DNA of 63,922 nucleotides, counting the filler, from Octopus bimaculoides (taxonomy: Eukaryota), in assembly GCF_001194135.2 (NCBI RefSeq). It is 8 parts of 8 records of this genome, joined end to end, with 100 filler letters (N's around TTAATTAATTAA, not from the genome) between each part and the next. Parts side by side here need not be neighbours in the genome. Positions count along the whole stretch, not along the records: positions 41,338 to 45,826 come from NC_069004.1; positions 45,927 to 50,072 come from NC_069009.1; positions 50,173 to 55,319 come from NC_069005.1; 5 more parts are not named here. One strand, written 5' to 3'. Shown one piece after another: positions 41,238 through 52,774 of this stretch. The notes under the pieces are model-generated. The model saw only the letters and a program-made list of their open reading frames with translations, searched no databases and was not told the origin of the DNA. A program made the position numbers and the translations under genes. Positions within the stretch are counted from its first letter, which is position 1, and each line of letters opens with the position of its first letter.

Positions 41238-42079
41238 NNNNNNNNNNNNNNNNNNNNNNNNNNNNNNNNNNNNNNNNNNNNTTAATTAATTAANNNNNNN
41301 NNNNNNNNNNNNNNNNNNNNNNNNNNNNNNNNNNNNNATATATATATATATATATATATATACATGCACTCACAAACAAATGCATACCCCCACACACATG
41401 TATACTGACACATATAGACAAGCACACACATATGTTACGCATTGGTATAGATACATGCATACATACACATAAATAAATAGATAGATAGATAGATAGAAAG
41501 ATAGATGGATACATAGACACACTCATGGTATACATGGCCTACATATGCCAGAAACAGAAACCAATTTGTATGAAACTGTCAAATTAAAAAAGCGATGCCA
41601 GTCGATACTAGTTGATTTGATTTTCCGATTTCATTATCGATTAGTTTTTCCTTTCTAAATTCATTACTATTCTCTTCTTTGGAGCGCACCTCTAACCTCT
41701 CCTCATGACACTCTGCCTCTCACTTCTGCTGCAGTTTTCACACATCTCACCCTTTTTATCTCCCTTTATATCTGCCCTTTGTTTCTTTCCTTCTCTCCAT
41801 ACTCTTCCCTCCCCTCTCTCTTTTTTTCTTTCTCCCCAATCTTCTTCTGTCTCTCTTTGTACCCCTGTCTTTCTTTCGCCTACTTTCTGTGTCGCCTACT
41901 CTCTCTCTTTCCCCCTCTCTATCTTTTCTTCTTCTTCATCTTGCTTTATTGTTGTCCCTTTCTCTGTTTTTCTTTGTCTCCTCTCCCTTCCGCTTTCCCA
42001 TTTCTTCCTATTTTCACCGTCTCAGTTTCCCCCTCCTCCGCTCTATATTTTTATCTACCTCTCTCTCATTCTCATTCTT

Positions 42080-42114
<35 letters not shown>

Positions 42115-42809
42115 TTCTCTCTTTCCCATACTCCTTCGTTCTGTCTCTTCATCTCCGATTCTCCTCCATTCTTCCCTTTCTATTATAATCTCTCTTTACC
42201 TGTATTTCTATATCCAGTCGTCCACCCGTCTGTCCGTCGGTCCGTTTGTCCGTCTTTCAGTCTGTCTATCTGTCTGCCTATCTGTCTGCAGATCTGCCTG
42301 CTTGCCTGTCGGTCCGTCTGTCTCAACAGATATAAGCAGACACACACACATACATCATCTCATAGATAGATTCATACACATATCTATGCATGTATGTGTG
42401 TGTGTGTGCGCGCGTGCGTGTGTGTGTGTGTGTGTGTGTGTGTTTGTTTCTGTGTGATTCTCTTCCATTCTAAATTTTACGGTTTTACACTGTTAAATCC
42501 AATGGTTTTAGCCGTAACTACGTTCATAAATTAAATTAAGTTAATCCATTTATTAATTGGTTAATAAGATTTACTAGGCACACGTGACAATTGTGAACAT
42601 CATTCGCTTTTATTATACAACCTCACACCGAAACAGTAAAAGAAAGACCGACCGATTTGACAACACCGTTTCAGGTATTTCTACTACCCTCCTCAGAAAC
42701 CGACTACCCTACACTTTTACAGCCACCGTGAAAATGAATTTCAGTCTACTAAATCAGATAGGCTTAATTCCCATATAAGGCATAGTTTTCTGTTATTGCT
42801 GTTTCTGTT

Positions 42810-42945
42810 CCAGGAAATCAAAGTGAATGCGACGAGGCAGCTGCTGATTATCTCAGAAAACGAGTTCCAGGAATGCTTCCATCGATGGAAACAGCATTGG
42901 ATTAAGTGTGTGGCTTCTGAAGGAGACTACATTGAAAGAGATTAA
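42810..42945 (+). mobile_element. Mariner transposase C-terminal fragment
   Basis: EIKVNATRQLLIISENEFQECFHRWKQHWIKCVASEGDYIERD*. Confidence 0.8.
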
Positions 42946-42999
42946 ATGCCAAATTGGTACGTGTTGTAGTTTTGCTGTTGTAGGATCCTGTCTAACCAC

Positions 43000-43155
43000 C
43001 CGACCTGTGTTAATATGGTGACTCTCCCCGAGAACTACGTTAAGGGTACACATGTCTGTGGAGTGCTCAGCCACTTGCACGTTAATTTCGCGAGCAGGCT
43101 GTTCCGATGATCGGATCAACTGGAACCCTCGTCGTCGTAACAGACGGAGTGCCAC
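43000..43155 (+). mobile_element. SINE family C, 3' fragment
   Basis: gagaactacgttaagggtacac…caactggaaccctcgtcgtcgtaac. Confidence 0.8.
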
Positions 43156-44283
43156 CTTATGTGCTGGCTACACATTAGCTCAGTCCCGCCATCAAATCAA
43201 TGTTGTCTGAACAAGTGCACGGTGTGTCACACGTCTGATGTCGAAGTGGTCGCAGGGCAACGTGGGTTGATTTGATTTACTCCAGAACACAATGCGCTAC
43301 CCGGTCCAGGAATTGAGACCACGAGCTTATGATGATGATGCAACACCCCTAACCACCAGGCCAATAAGCCCTCGATGTAGACATAATATGTGGTATATGT
43401 ATTACATACTTAGTGCAGAAACACGCTACAGAATGAGATAATAAAATAGAGATAACATTTAAACCATTCATTCATTCATTCTATGCGGCCCGGTACAAAA
43501 TGATTCACGGCCCAGTACAGGTCAGCGGTGATTGGGAACCACTGCAATACAGAACGACAAGAAGGATATATGTGAATGGTTTGGCTGCTATTTCTAGGTG
43601 TCACATTAGCGGTTCCTACGATATTTCTTCAATTAAACAAATTGAAGAATATTGTCAAAACATGTGTTTATCATTCAAACATAGGTGAACAAAGCACCAA
43701 ATAAATGAATAAATAAAAAAAAATACATCCTACATAAAAAAACAAAAACAAAATGATTTTATAATAATTTCAAATATATTTAATTACATGTGAAATTTAA
43801 TTAGATATTAAATTCATTTATGTATTAAATTTAATTATATATTAATTCGTGACAGTATTGGGAAAGCATTGAACTTGCTAACCTGCGGCGTTCAATTGCG
43901 TTTCTTTACATTTTTGAATTTGCTACAGATTGTTTTTTTTTCAACCCGTCACCAGTTCCACACCAAGAGATAAGCCTATGGGTATGATGGTTCGATCTCT
44001 GTCGAAAGCTCTCAGACAAACACACGCACGCACACACACACAAGCGCGCGCAAATACACGTATATATATAAACGAACATTAGTTGAATAAAGGAAGTTAA
44101 TACGCATGTGGAGGTTACAATATATTTCAGTAATGTTGATAGTGACTTCGAAGTTTTGCAAGTAGAAGCCATTGACGAAATTTCGATGTCACTGAAAATA
44201 TAGGCTATCTCTCTCTCTCCCCACTTCTCTCTCTCCCTCTCTCCCTCTCTCCTTCTCTCCCCCTCTCTCTCTTCCCCCTCTTG

Positions 44284-44332
<49 letters not shown>

Positions 44333-44399
44333 TGTTTTTATGTTCAGTTATAATTCCCGTGTGTCCTTGCGCAAAGCATATCGTTTCACGTTGCTCCAG

Positions 44400-44560
44400 T
44401 TGGCAAAAATGAAGGGTCAGCCTTGTCACACTTGGTGTCACGTTGAATCTCACTGAGAACTGCGTTAAGGGTACACGTGTTAGTGGAGTGCTCAATCACT
44501 TGCACGTTAATTACACGAGCAGGCTGTTCCGTTGATCGAATCAGCTGGGACCCTCGTGCC
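44400..44560 (+). mobile_element. SINE family C, 3' fragment (inverted relative to the next copy)
   Basis: Reverse complement of 44596-44740. Confidence 0.8.
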
Positions 44561-44574
44561 ACGATGTTTAGTAG

Positions 44575-44935
44575 AAACACTCCGTCGGTTACGACGCCGA
44601 GGATTCCAGTTGATCCGATCAACGGAACAGCCTGCTCTTGAAATTAACATGCAAGTGGCTGAGCACTCCACAGACACGTGTACCCTTAACGTAGTTCTCG
44701 GGGAGATTCAGCATGACACAGAGTGTGACAAGGCTGGCCCCTTTGAAATACAGGTACAACACAAACAGGAAGAAAGAGTGAGAGAAAGATGTGGACAAAG
44801 AATACAGCAGGGTTCGCCAACACCCACCCTACTGCTGGAGCCTGGTGGAACTTTAGGTGTTTTCGCTCACTAAACACTCACAACGCCCGGTCTGGGAATC
44901 GAAACCGCGATCCTGTGACCGCGAGTCTGCTGCCC
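44575..44935 (-). mobile_element. SINE family C
   Basis: Colinear with 3290-3672. Confidence 0.88.
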
Positions 44936-45508
44936 TATATATATATATATATATATNNNNNNNNNNNNNNNNNNNNNNNNNNNNNNNNNNNNNNNNNNNN
45001 NNNNNNNNNNNNNNNNNNNNNNNNNNNNNNNNNNNNNNNNNNNNNNNNNNNNNNNNNNNNNNNNNNNNNNNNNNNNNNNNNNNNNNNNNNNNNNNNNNNN
45101 NNNNNNNNNNNNNNNNNNNNNNNNNNNNNNNNNNNNNNNNNNNNNNNNNNNNNNNNNNNNNNNNNNNNNNNNNNNNNNNNNNNNNNNNNNNNNNNNNNNN
45201 NNNNNNNNNNNNNNNNNNNNNNNNNNNNNNNNNNNNNNNNNNNNNNNNNNNNNNNNNNNNNNNNNNNNNNNNNNNNNNNNNNNNNNNNNNNNNNNNNNNN
45301 NNNNNNNNNNNNNNNNNNNNNNNNNNNNNNNNNNNNNNNNNNNNNNNNNNNNNNNNNNNNNNNNNNNNNNNNNNNNNNNNNNNNNNNNNNNNNNNNNNNN
45401 NNNNNNNNNNNNNNNNNNNNNNNNNNNNNNNNNNNNNNNNNNNNNNNNNNNNNNNNNNNNNNNNNNNNNNNNNNNNNNNNNNNNNNNNNNNNNNNNNNNN
45501 NNNNNNNN

Positions 45509-45545
<37 letters not shown>

Positions 45546-45546
45546 C

Positions 45547-45578
<32 letters not shown>

Positions 45579-45929
45579 GATTCTGTGTATATAAATCTAT
45601 GTTTATGCGTTTATATTCACATATATATTTGTATATGTACACATGTGTACATTGCTTTAAAACACCCACGCATACAAACACACTCAACACAAGCACACAC
45701 ATATTTATACATTCACGCCAATACGTGTGGTTGTGTATATATATATATAAATTGAAGCATATAAGCATATACTTGCATATATATGCATATATATACATAC
45801 ATATATTCACACGTGAACATGCGCACNNNNNNNNNNNNNNNNNNNNNNNNNNNNNNNNNNNNNNNNNNNNTTAATTAATTAANNNNNNNNNNNNNNNNNN
45901 NNNNNNNNNNNNNNNNNNNNNNNNNNAAT

Positions 45930-46701
45930 AATAATAAATGCCCAGATGCAGTACCAGGCAGTGGCTCTCATGGCTTCTCATCTTAATTGATTGGAAGTGT
46001 TATCATGTACATTGTTTTGTCTTGGTATAAAAAGATGGGCTACAGCAAATATTCTGCTCAATACCACAGATTTGCTTGTCAATTGTTTGACCTTAACCAG
46101 TTGAGCATGTCCCTTGGTGGCTGATGATATGTGCATCTCTGATCACAAGCAGAAGTAGTGGGGGAGCATCATAGCCATGGGTTGAGAGGAATTCTTTGGG
46201 GTTCGAATAATTCACCTTTGGAAACATGGGTGTTTTATTCATCATCCTTAACCCATTACCTACCAGTGATCTCATATGAGATCACTTAAAAATTACAAAT
46301 TTCGTAAATTATCTCTCAATATTTACACATATCTAACCTTTTTGCTATATCTCCTAGGTATATTTCTCTGATATTCAAATGAGGTTTGCTAATTTCTCAC
46401 CCAATATCTCGCTTATTTCTATTTAAAATGTTATTTTGATCATTCCAGCGTGTTTCTAAGGCTGTTTCATGCTAGAAATCAAAGTTTCATAAAAAAAAAT
46501 TCCAGTTAATAGATTTTGAAAGAGATGGGCTACTTGACCTGAAGAAAATTCTAACTGGCCCCCACCTGCAAGGTGATGAGGTCACCATGTCATGTATTTA
46601 TCATTGTGATGCATATGCCTGGTGTAGCCATAATGGGTATATTGGGCTTCATATATTTGTACCCCAGGATCACTTTGATGGCATGTGCTGCTCTCTCAGT
46701 C

Positions 46702-46736
<35 letters not shown>

Positions 46737-46737
46737 T
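45930..46737 (+). mobile_element. SINE-like family D, interrupted by an insertion at about 46250-46515, with (AAT)n tail
   Basis: Colinear with the reverse complement of 47180-47460 on both sides of the insertion. The insertion begins ttaaccc (piggyBac-MITE-like). Confidence 0.7.
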
Positions 46738-46748
46738 ATTCTACTTAC

Positions 46749-47017
46749 TAATTCGATGTCAGTGAGTCGGTCAGCTGATTGGACTTCATCCAGAAATGAA
46801 ATGATGCTCTGTAGTTTGTCGTTTGAAAGATAACCAAGGCCTTCGTCGGGAGGGGACAAGGGATGCTGGTCCTGATTCAGCTGTTGCAGGTTCTCGGCAG
46901 TTAAATGGGGGCTTGTCTTTAGAGTGGCCCCTTCTTTGTTTGCACAGCGGGACCTAGATGAGCATCGACTCCTGTTGGAACCGCCGCCAACTTTCAGGGA
47001 TTCGTTTAAATCAGAAA
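46749..47017 (-). CDS. CEP131: CEP131/AZI1-like coding exon (3 of 3 found)
   Basis: Acceptor ttttgtttttcag and donor GTAAGT; 269 nt, phase 1 to phase 0. Encodes …LTAENLQQ…DKLQSIISFLDEVQ…, resembling the KLQSIMSFLDEM motif of CEP131 as I recall it. Confidence 0.78.
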
Positions 47018-47179
47018 CTGAAAAACAAAAGAAGAAACAGCCATCATATAAATATTATTAAGGGTCAACTTTGCCTTTCGTCCTTTTGGGGGTTGATAAA
47101 TTAAGCACCAGTGAAACATTGGGGTTAATGTAATCCACCAAAATTTCAGGCCTTGCACCTTCAGTAGAAAGGATTATTA

Positions 47180-47460
47180 TTGAGAGAGAGAGCAGCATAT
47201 GCTATCAAAGGGACACTGGGGTGCAAATATACGAATCCCATTATACCCATCATGACTACCCATCTGATAAGGGTACACCAGGCACATGCATCACAACCAT
47301 GTGTGCACGACATGGTGATCTCATATCAAGATAAACAGCGTATGACCTCGCAGGTGGGGCCCAGTTAGAATTTTCTTCAGGTCGAGTAGCCCATCCCGCT
47401 CCAAAGGTCCCTGAATAAGGTTTGTTTAAGGATGTTGAACAAAACACCCATGTTTCCTGT
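47180..47460 (-). mobile_element. SINE-like family D, 3' part
   Basis: Reverse complement contains gggctactcgacctgaagaaaattctaactgggccccacctgc, shared with 46520-46737. Confidence 0.8.
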
Positions 47461-47599
47461 CATTCTAATCATTCCTCCAGGGCCTGATGATAATAATTCA
47501 CAAATATATTTGCCCTCGTGCATTTTGAGAACTGAAAGTGTAGTAGAGTCAGAATATTTTCTGAGAATGTGCACTTTCAGATGTTCCTCAAAATTGCAG

Positions 47600-48140
47600 C
47601 ATTTATGCATGCATGTGTGAGTGTGTATGTGTCTGAGCACATGTGTATATGTTGCACACATGCGTATGTATGTGCATGAGTGCATGTGTATGAGTGCAAA
47701 TGTGCATGCACATGTGCACATATGCATGTGAGGGCATGTATGTGTGAATGTGTGGTCAAGTGGATGTGCATGTGTAAGTGTGTATGTGTCTGAGCACATG
47801 TGCATATGTGTGCACATATGCATATGTATGTGCATGCATGTGTATGCAGTGTGCACATGTGCATGTGAGGGCATGTATGTGTGAATGTGTGGTCAAGTGG
47901 ATGTGCATGTGTGAGTGTGTATGTGTCTGGGCACATGTGCATATCTGTGCACACATGCATATGTATGTGCATGAGTGCCTGTGCATGAGTGCAAATGTGT
48001 ATGCAGTGTGCACATATGCACGTGAGGGTATGTATGTGTGCATGTGTGGTCAAGTGGATGTGCATGTGTGAGTGTGTATATGTCTGAGCACATGTGCATA
48101 TGTGTGCACATATGCGTATGGATGTGCACCTGTGTGTATG
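47600..48140. repeat. Minisatellite, unit about 140-160 bp built of TG/TGCA motifs
   Basis: The anchor ggtcaagtggatgtgcatgt recurs near 47754, 47891 and 48049. Confidence 0.85.
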
Positions 48141-48277
48141 TGCATGTGCTGCGTTATAGTAGAAGATAACTTGCCCAAGGTGCAACACAGAGGGATTGAA
48201 CCCCAAACGAGAAGGCTGCAAAGCAAACTTCTTAACCACATAATTAAAGTACATGAAACGAAGCGAGACACACTTAC

Positions 48278-48539
48278 CCCTGGATGTGCTTTTAACTGGC
48301 ACGTCACCTGCCCCGATATCCTCATCTTCCTCCAGTTTCTTTAGTGTCTCAAGAAGGTCGCTCAGAGTGCTTTTGGTGGGAGTCTTTGATGCCCTGGCAT
48401 CAGAGTTGATGATGGGGGGTTCAAAACCTGGCTCCGGTGTGTTCCGATCTGGGGTCGGCAGTCGGGAGATTGGCACCGAAGACGTGTGAGAGTTCCTTCG
48501 AAGGGTTGAGTTTGCGACTTTGACCAGCTTGGAGGTTTC
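48278..48539 (-). CDS. CEP131: CEP131/AZI1-like coding exon (2 of 3 found)
   Basis: Acceptor …gcgttacccag and donor GTAAGT; 262 nt, phase 0 to phase 1 (G + TT = Val with the next exon). Encodes ETSKLV…STLSDLLETLKKLEEDE…, resembling the CEP131 TLDDLLDTLKLLE motif. Confidence 0.78.
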
Positions 48540-48595
48540 CTGGGTAACGCAAAAAGAGACGAAACAATAAATAATGTTACAGGGACATAAACGTA

Positions 48596-48968
48596 CCAAC
48601 ACTGGTTGTCAAGTGGTGATGGGAAACATACTCTTTACTTGTTTCAGTCATTTGACTGCGGCCATGCTGGAGCACCACCTTTAGTCGAGCAAATTGACCC
48701 CAATTGTGTTTGTGTATCTGTGTTTGTATCTCCAACATCACTTGACAACCGATGCTGGTGTGTTTATGTTTCTGTCACCTAGCGGTTCGGCAAGAGAGAC
48801 CAATAGAATAAGTACTAGGCTTCCAAAGAATAAGTCCTGGGGTCGATTTGCTCGACTAAAGGCAGTGCTCCNNNNNNNNNNAGAATAAGTCCTGGGGTCG
48901 ATTTGCTCGACTAAAGGCAGTGCTCCAGCATGGCCACAGTTAAATGACTGAAACAAGTAAAAGAATGA
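48596..48968. mobile_element. Two 5'-truncated SINE family A pieces in opposite orientation
   Basis: 48634-48703 is an approximate reverse complement of 48896-48966. Confidence 0.8.
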
Positions 48969-49023
48969 AAGAAAAAAAGAAAAAATAAAGATGAAAAAAA
49001 AAGAACAAAAAACAAAAACATAC

Positions 49024-49593
49024 CTTGAACAACTCTTCGAGGCGGCTGTCACAGTCGTCAGTGACCTTCAGGTGGTCAAGCATGCAATTTTCCCCAGCCC
49101 CCAGATTTATACTGGACATTTGTGGAGAAACTGAAACCACAGTCTCTGCTTTACTGTCCTGCTGATTGTAGTCCTTGTTTGTGGACCGAGATTCATATAA
49201 AACGTTCCGTCGGTTTCTATGGCCGGCAACAGGAGGTGAAAGAGTGGTAGCAGCAGCAGCAGTAGTAGTGGTAGTAGTAGCAGCAGAAGTAGCAGAGGCC
49301 ATAGTAATAGTAGTAGCAGCAGCAGCAATTGACGTAAGTGAAGAAGCAGCAATAGGTGTTTTAGTAGCAGTAGAAGTAGTGGCAGAAGCAGCAGCAGTAG
49401 TAGTAGTAGTAGTAGTAGTAGTAGCAGTGATGTTGCTGTTAACATTTCTCAAGTTGGAGGTCTTCATTGTTACAGTGCGACTACTGGTACAAGAGCTGCT
49501 AGACAGAGTAGGCTGGTACAGCCGTGGTCGCACAATAGGGTCCAGCTGTTTGCCAACTTCTCCTTGTCTTTCAGATCGTTTTCTGTGCATGTC
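49024..49593 (-). CDS. CEP131: CEP131/AZI1-like coding exon (1 of 3 found), with Thr/Ala/Ser low-complexity tract
   Basis: Acceptor gtttccttcattggcag and donor GTATGT; 570 nt, open, phase 0 to phase 0. Encodes DMHRKRSERQGEV…DSRLEELFK. The assignment rests on splice compatibility with the next two exons. Confidence 0.68.
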
Positions 49594-49747
49594 CTGCCAA
49601 TGAAGGAAACAAAACAGAGTGAGACTTTTCAGTAAATTGTGATGACAACAATGAATTGCTCATTAAAACACTTTGATCACTTTAAGCCTTTTGTTACCAT
49701 ATTACTCAGTTGGGCCCACCTAGCCATTTGATGTTAAAAAACATTAT

Positions 49748-50072
49748 ACTCTACTCTTTTACTTGTTTTAGTCATTTGACTGCGGCCATGCTGGAGCACC
49801 GCCTTTAGTCGAGCAACTTGACCCCAGGACTTATTCTTTGTAAGCCTAGTACTTATTCTATCGGTCTCTTTTTGCCGTACCGCTAAGTTACAGGGACGTA
49901 AACACACCAGCATCGGTCGTCAAGCGAAGCTAGGGGGACAAACACAGACACACAAACATATACACACACATACATATATACGACGGGCTTCTTTCAGTTT
50001 CCGTCTACCAAATCCACTTATAAGGCTTTGGTTGGCCTGAGGCTATGGTAGAAGACACTTGCCCAAGGTGCC
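49748..50072 (-). mobile_element. SINE family A
   Basis: Reverse complement of the 38665 copy, up to the gap. Confidence 0.9.
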
Positions 50073-50182
50073 NNNNNNNNNNNNNNNNNNNNNNNNNNNN
50101 NNNNNNNNNNNNNNNNTTAATTAATTAANNNNNNNNNNNNNNNNNNNNNNNNNNNNNNNNNNNNNNNNNNNNATGTATGTAT

Positions 50183-50354
50183 AGGCGCAGACGTAGCTGT
50201 GTGGTAAGATATTTGTTTCCCAACCACACGGATCCGGGTTCAGTCCCACTGCGTGGCACTTTGGATAAGTGTCTTCTACTATAGCCTCGGGCCGATCGAA
50301 GCCTTGTGAGTGGATTTGCTAGACGGAAACTGAAAGAAGCCCGTCGTATATATG

Positions 50355-50393
<39 letters not shown>
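50183..50393 (+). mobile_element. SINE family A, 5' half
   Basis: aggcgcagacgtagctgtgtggtaag…gaaagaagcccgtcg. Confidence 0.88.
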
Positions 50394-50394
<1 letters not shown>

Positions 50395-50396
<2 letters not shown>

Positions 50397-50680
50397 GGCG
50401 CATAGTTTAGTGGTTAGGGTGTTGTACTAACGATTACGAGATCGTGGGTTCGATTCCCTGACCGGGCGTTGCAGTGTGTTCTTGAGCAAAGCACTTCATT
50501 TTACGTCGCTCTGCGATCATTTCGACATTCGACATGTGGCATCCGTTGCATCGTTTCAAGTAATGTCGATCTGATGGAGGAAGTGAGCTTATGTGTACAC
50601 AAACATTTGATCACTATAAACACATCATATGTGTGGTTGTTCAGTAAAAAATTGTCAAACCATCATACGTCGTGTAACGA
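50395..50680 (+). mobile_element. tRNA-derived SINE (head like family C, different body)
   Basis: gaaggcgcatagtttagtggttagggtg…gtgggttcgattccctgaccgggcg (A and B boxes). Confidence 0.7.
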
Positions 50681-50753
50681 GGGGAGAGTCCATCATATAT
50701 GTATGTATGTTTATGTATATATGAATACACTTATATATACATATAGATGGGCA

Positions 50754-50802
<49 letters not shown>

Positions 50803-51289
50803 TAATCATACTAAAATTCTAGAGATGATTGTGTGTACCCGAAACATCTCAGAAATAACATATTTCATCTTAATTATTATTTTTCTTTGCATTTTTTTTC
50901 ATACTTACCTCCGGCAGTGCTGTACAAATTTTTGTGATATTTGGACAACTAATGAAAACGATTAGACACAATTTTTGTTTGTTATTTCTTGACGAAAAAA
51001 ACATGGCTTCTGTGACGTCAACACACATACAGAATACACACTCATATAATGAATGCCATGGCGGGTCAATCAACACAAACACACGTCCGCTATCTTTGAC
51101 ATATACACACACATAGTCGTCGACTCTCTACGGAAAAGAAACGTCGACTTTTTGACTTACACAATATTTTAATCACTTAGTAATATTTTTAACTAAACGT
51201 GATTTCAAAAATTTAAGTTGTTTGTACAGTAAGTATTTATATTTTAGCTTTCTTTAAGCAGACAATATTTTAATGTGTTTTATTTTTTT

Positions 51290-51736
51290 CGTTTTGACTC
51301 TCAGAACTGTCATCCGGAGTTCGTTAATTTCCGTAAAAATTAATTTTTTATTTACTTTTGTTTTAAAGTGGAAGAGAGAAGAAAGTGAAAGACGTATGTA
51401 CGTGTATATGAAATGGACGTGTATGTGTGTGTGAGAGAAAGAAAGAAAGAAAGAAAGAAAGAGAGAGGGAAAGAGATAGATAGAGGAAGAGAGAGAAAAG
51501 GGGAGTAAGAGAGAGAGAGTGAGAAAGGGAGAGAGAGTGAGTGAAGGGTAGTGCTTTCATGTATACGTACATACATCAATACATATGCATACATCATTTT
51601 TATATGTGCATGCGCATTTTTGTGTGTGAGGGAGAGAGAGTGAGTGAGTGAGCGAGTGAGTGAGTGAGTGAGTGAGTGAGTGAGTGAGTCAACGTGTGTG
51701 TTCACATGTATGTGTAAGTGGCACTCTCTCTCTCTC

Positions 51737-51799
<63 letters not shown>

Positions 51800-51801
51800 T
51801 T

Positions 51802-51838
<37 letters not shown>

Positions 51839-51975
51839 GTCCATTTCATATACAAGTTGCTACATCTTTCACATTCTCCTCTCCTTCACTTTAAAACAAA
51901 AGTAAATAAATAAAAATTTTTACGGAAATTAACGAACAAAACAAGCTGGGTCGGATGACAGCTCTGAGAGTTAAA
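51290..51975. mobile_element. Foldback element, ~150-bp imperfect inverted repeats around microsatellites
   Basis: actctcagaactgtcatccg…ttcgttaatttccgtaaaaatt…tatatgaaatggacgt is mirrored at 51830-51972; the right end is gagagttaa. Confidence 0.75.
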
Positions 51976-52513
51976 GTGAAAGATCGCCCCAAGGGAATAT
52001 CATTACAAAAAGCTTTTGGAATGCATTCAACGTATCTCAGCTCCAAAGATTTGGCTGCTATTTCTACCAGACCCTGCTACCACGTAACAGCTATTTGCGA
52101 TAAAGGACTCAAAATACCTGTTACGTGTTAGCAAGACGTGCAAGAAAAAGCAGCCAAATCTTTCCTTATCCGGGTAAAGGAACCGTTTATCTGTCATTTC
52201 GATGTCACATTTGCTAAAAGCATTCGAAATTACCTGGAAAAGAAAAACCACCTACTAAACAGAACTCAGACTTGCTTGGAAACTCAGACTTTCCAGGTGA
52301 CCCAACGGGTTACGAGTAGTCTAGTGTGCATATATTGGGGGACGAGTTCAGTGACCCAGAATAAAATGCCCAAAGAAATGTCTGACAGAGAATAAATAAA
52401 AATATTTAATCTATAATCCTTAATACAAAATATATTTAAGAGATGAGGAATTATTTACATTATTTACATTATTTACATTTGACGGATATTTGTCCTCATC
52501 TTGTTTGTTGTTA

Positions 52514-52557
52514 ACACAACGTTTCGGCTGATATACCCTCCAGCCTCCGTCAGGTGT
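52514..52557 (-). ncRNA. Hammerhead motif with core substitution (CUGACGG)
   Basis: ACAC-CUGACGG-A-GGCUG(…)CAGCC-GAAA-C-GU-U-GUGU. Confidence 0.6.
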
Positions 52558-52730
52558 CTTGGGGAAATTTCGAACTTGGGTTCTCATTCCTAACGATGTT
52601 ACTATTATTATATTATTATTATTATTATTATTACTATTATTAATCAGGTCGCTGCCGTGAATCGAACTCGGAACCTTGGGGTTAGTAGCCCGCGCTCTTA
52701 ACCACTACGCCATATGCCCATTTCCCCAAG

Positions 52731-52774
52731 ACACCTGACGAAGGCTGGACGGTATATTAGCCGAAACGTTGTGT
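52731..52774 (+). ncRNA. Minimal type I hammerhead ribozyme motif, intact core
   Basis: ACAC-CUGACGA-A-GGCUGG(acgguaua)UUAGCC-GAAA-C-GU-U-GUGU. Confidence 0.75.

Noticed and set aside
47577-48260. His/Thr/Cys-rich extension of the 341-aa ORF
   Set aside because: It lies beyond the GTAAGT donor at 48277 and is the translation of an intronic minisatellite.
52027-52251. Possible upstream CEP131 exon (good minus-strand acceptor at about 52225)
   Set aside because: The translation does not resemble CEP131 and overlaps a ttggctgctatttct repeat fragment also seen at 43.6 kb.
52644-52719. tRNA gene (ACT anticodon-like)
   Set aside because: It has a poor acceptor stem, lacks the Ser long variable arm and is fused to repeat sequence, so it is treated as a SINE head.
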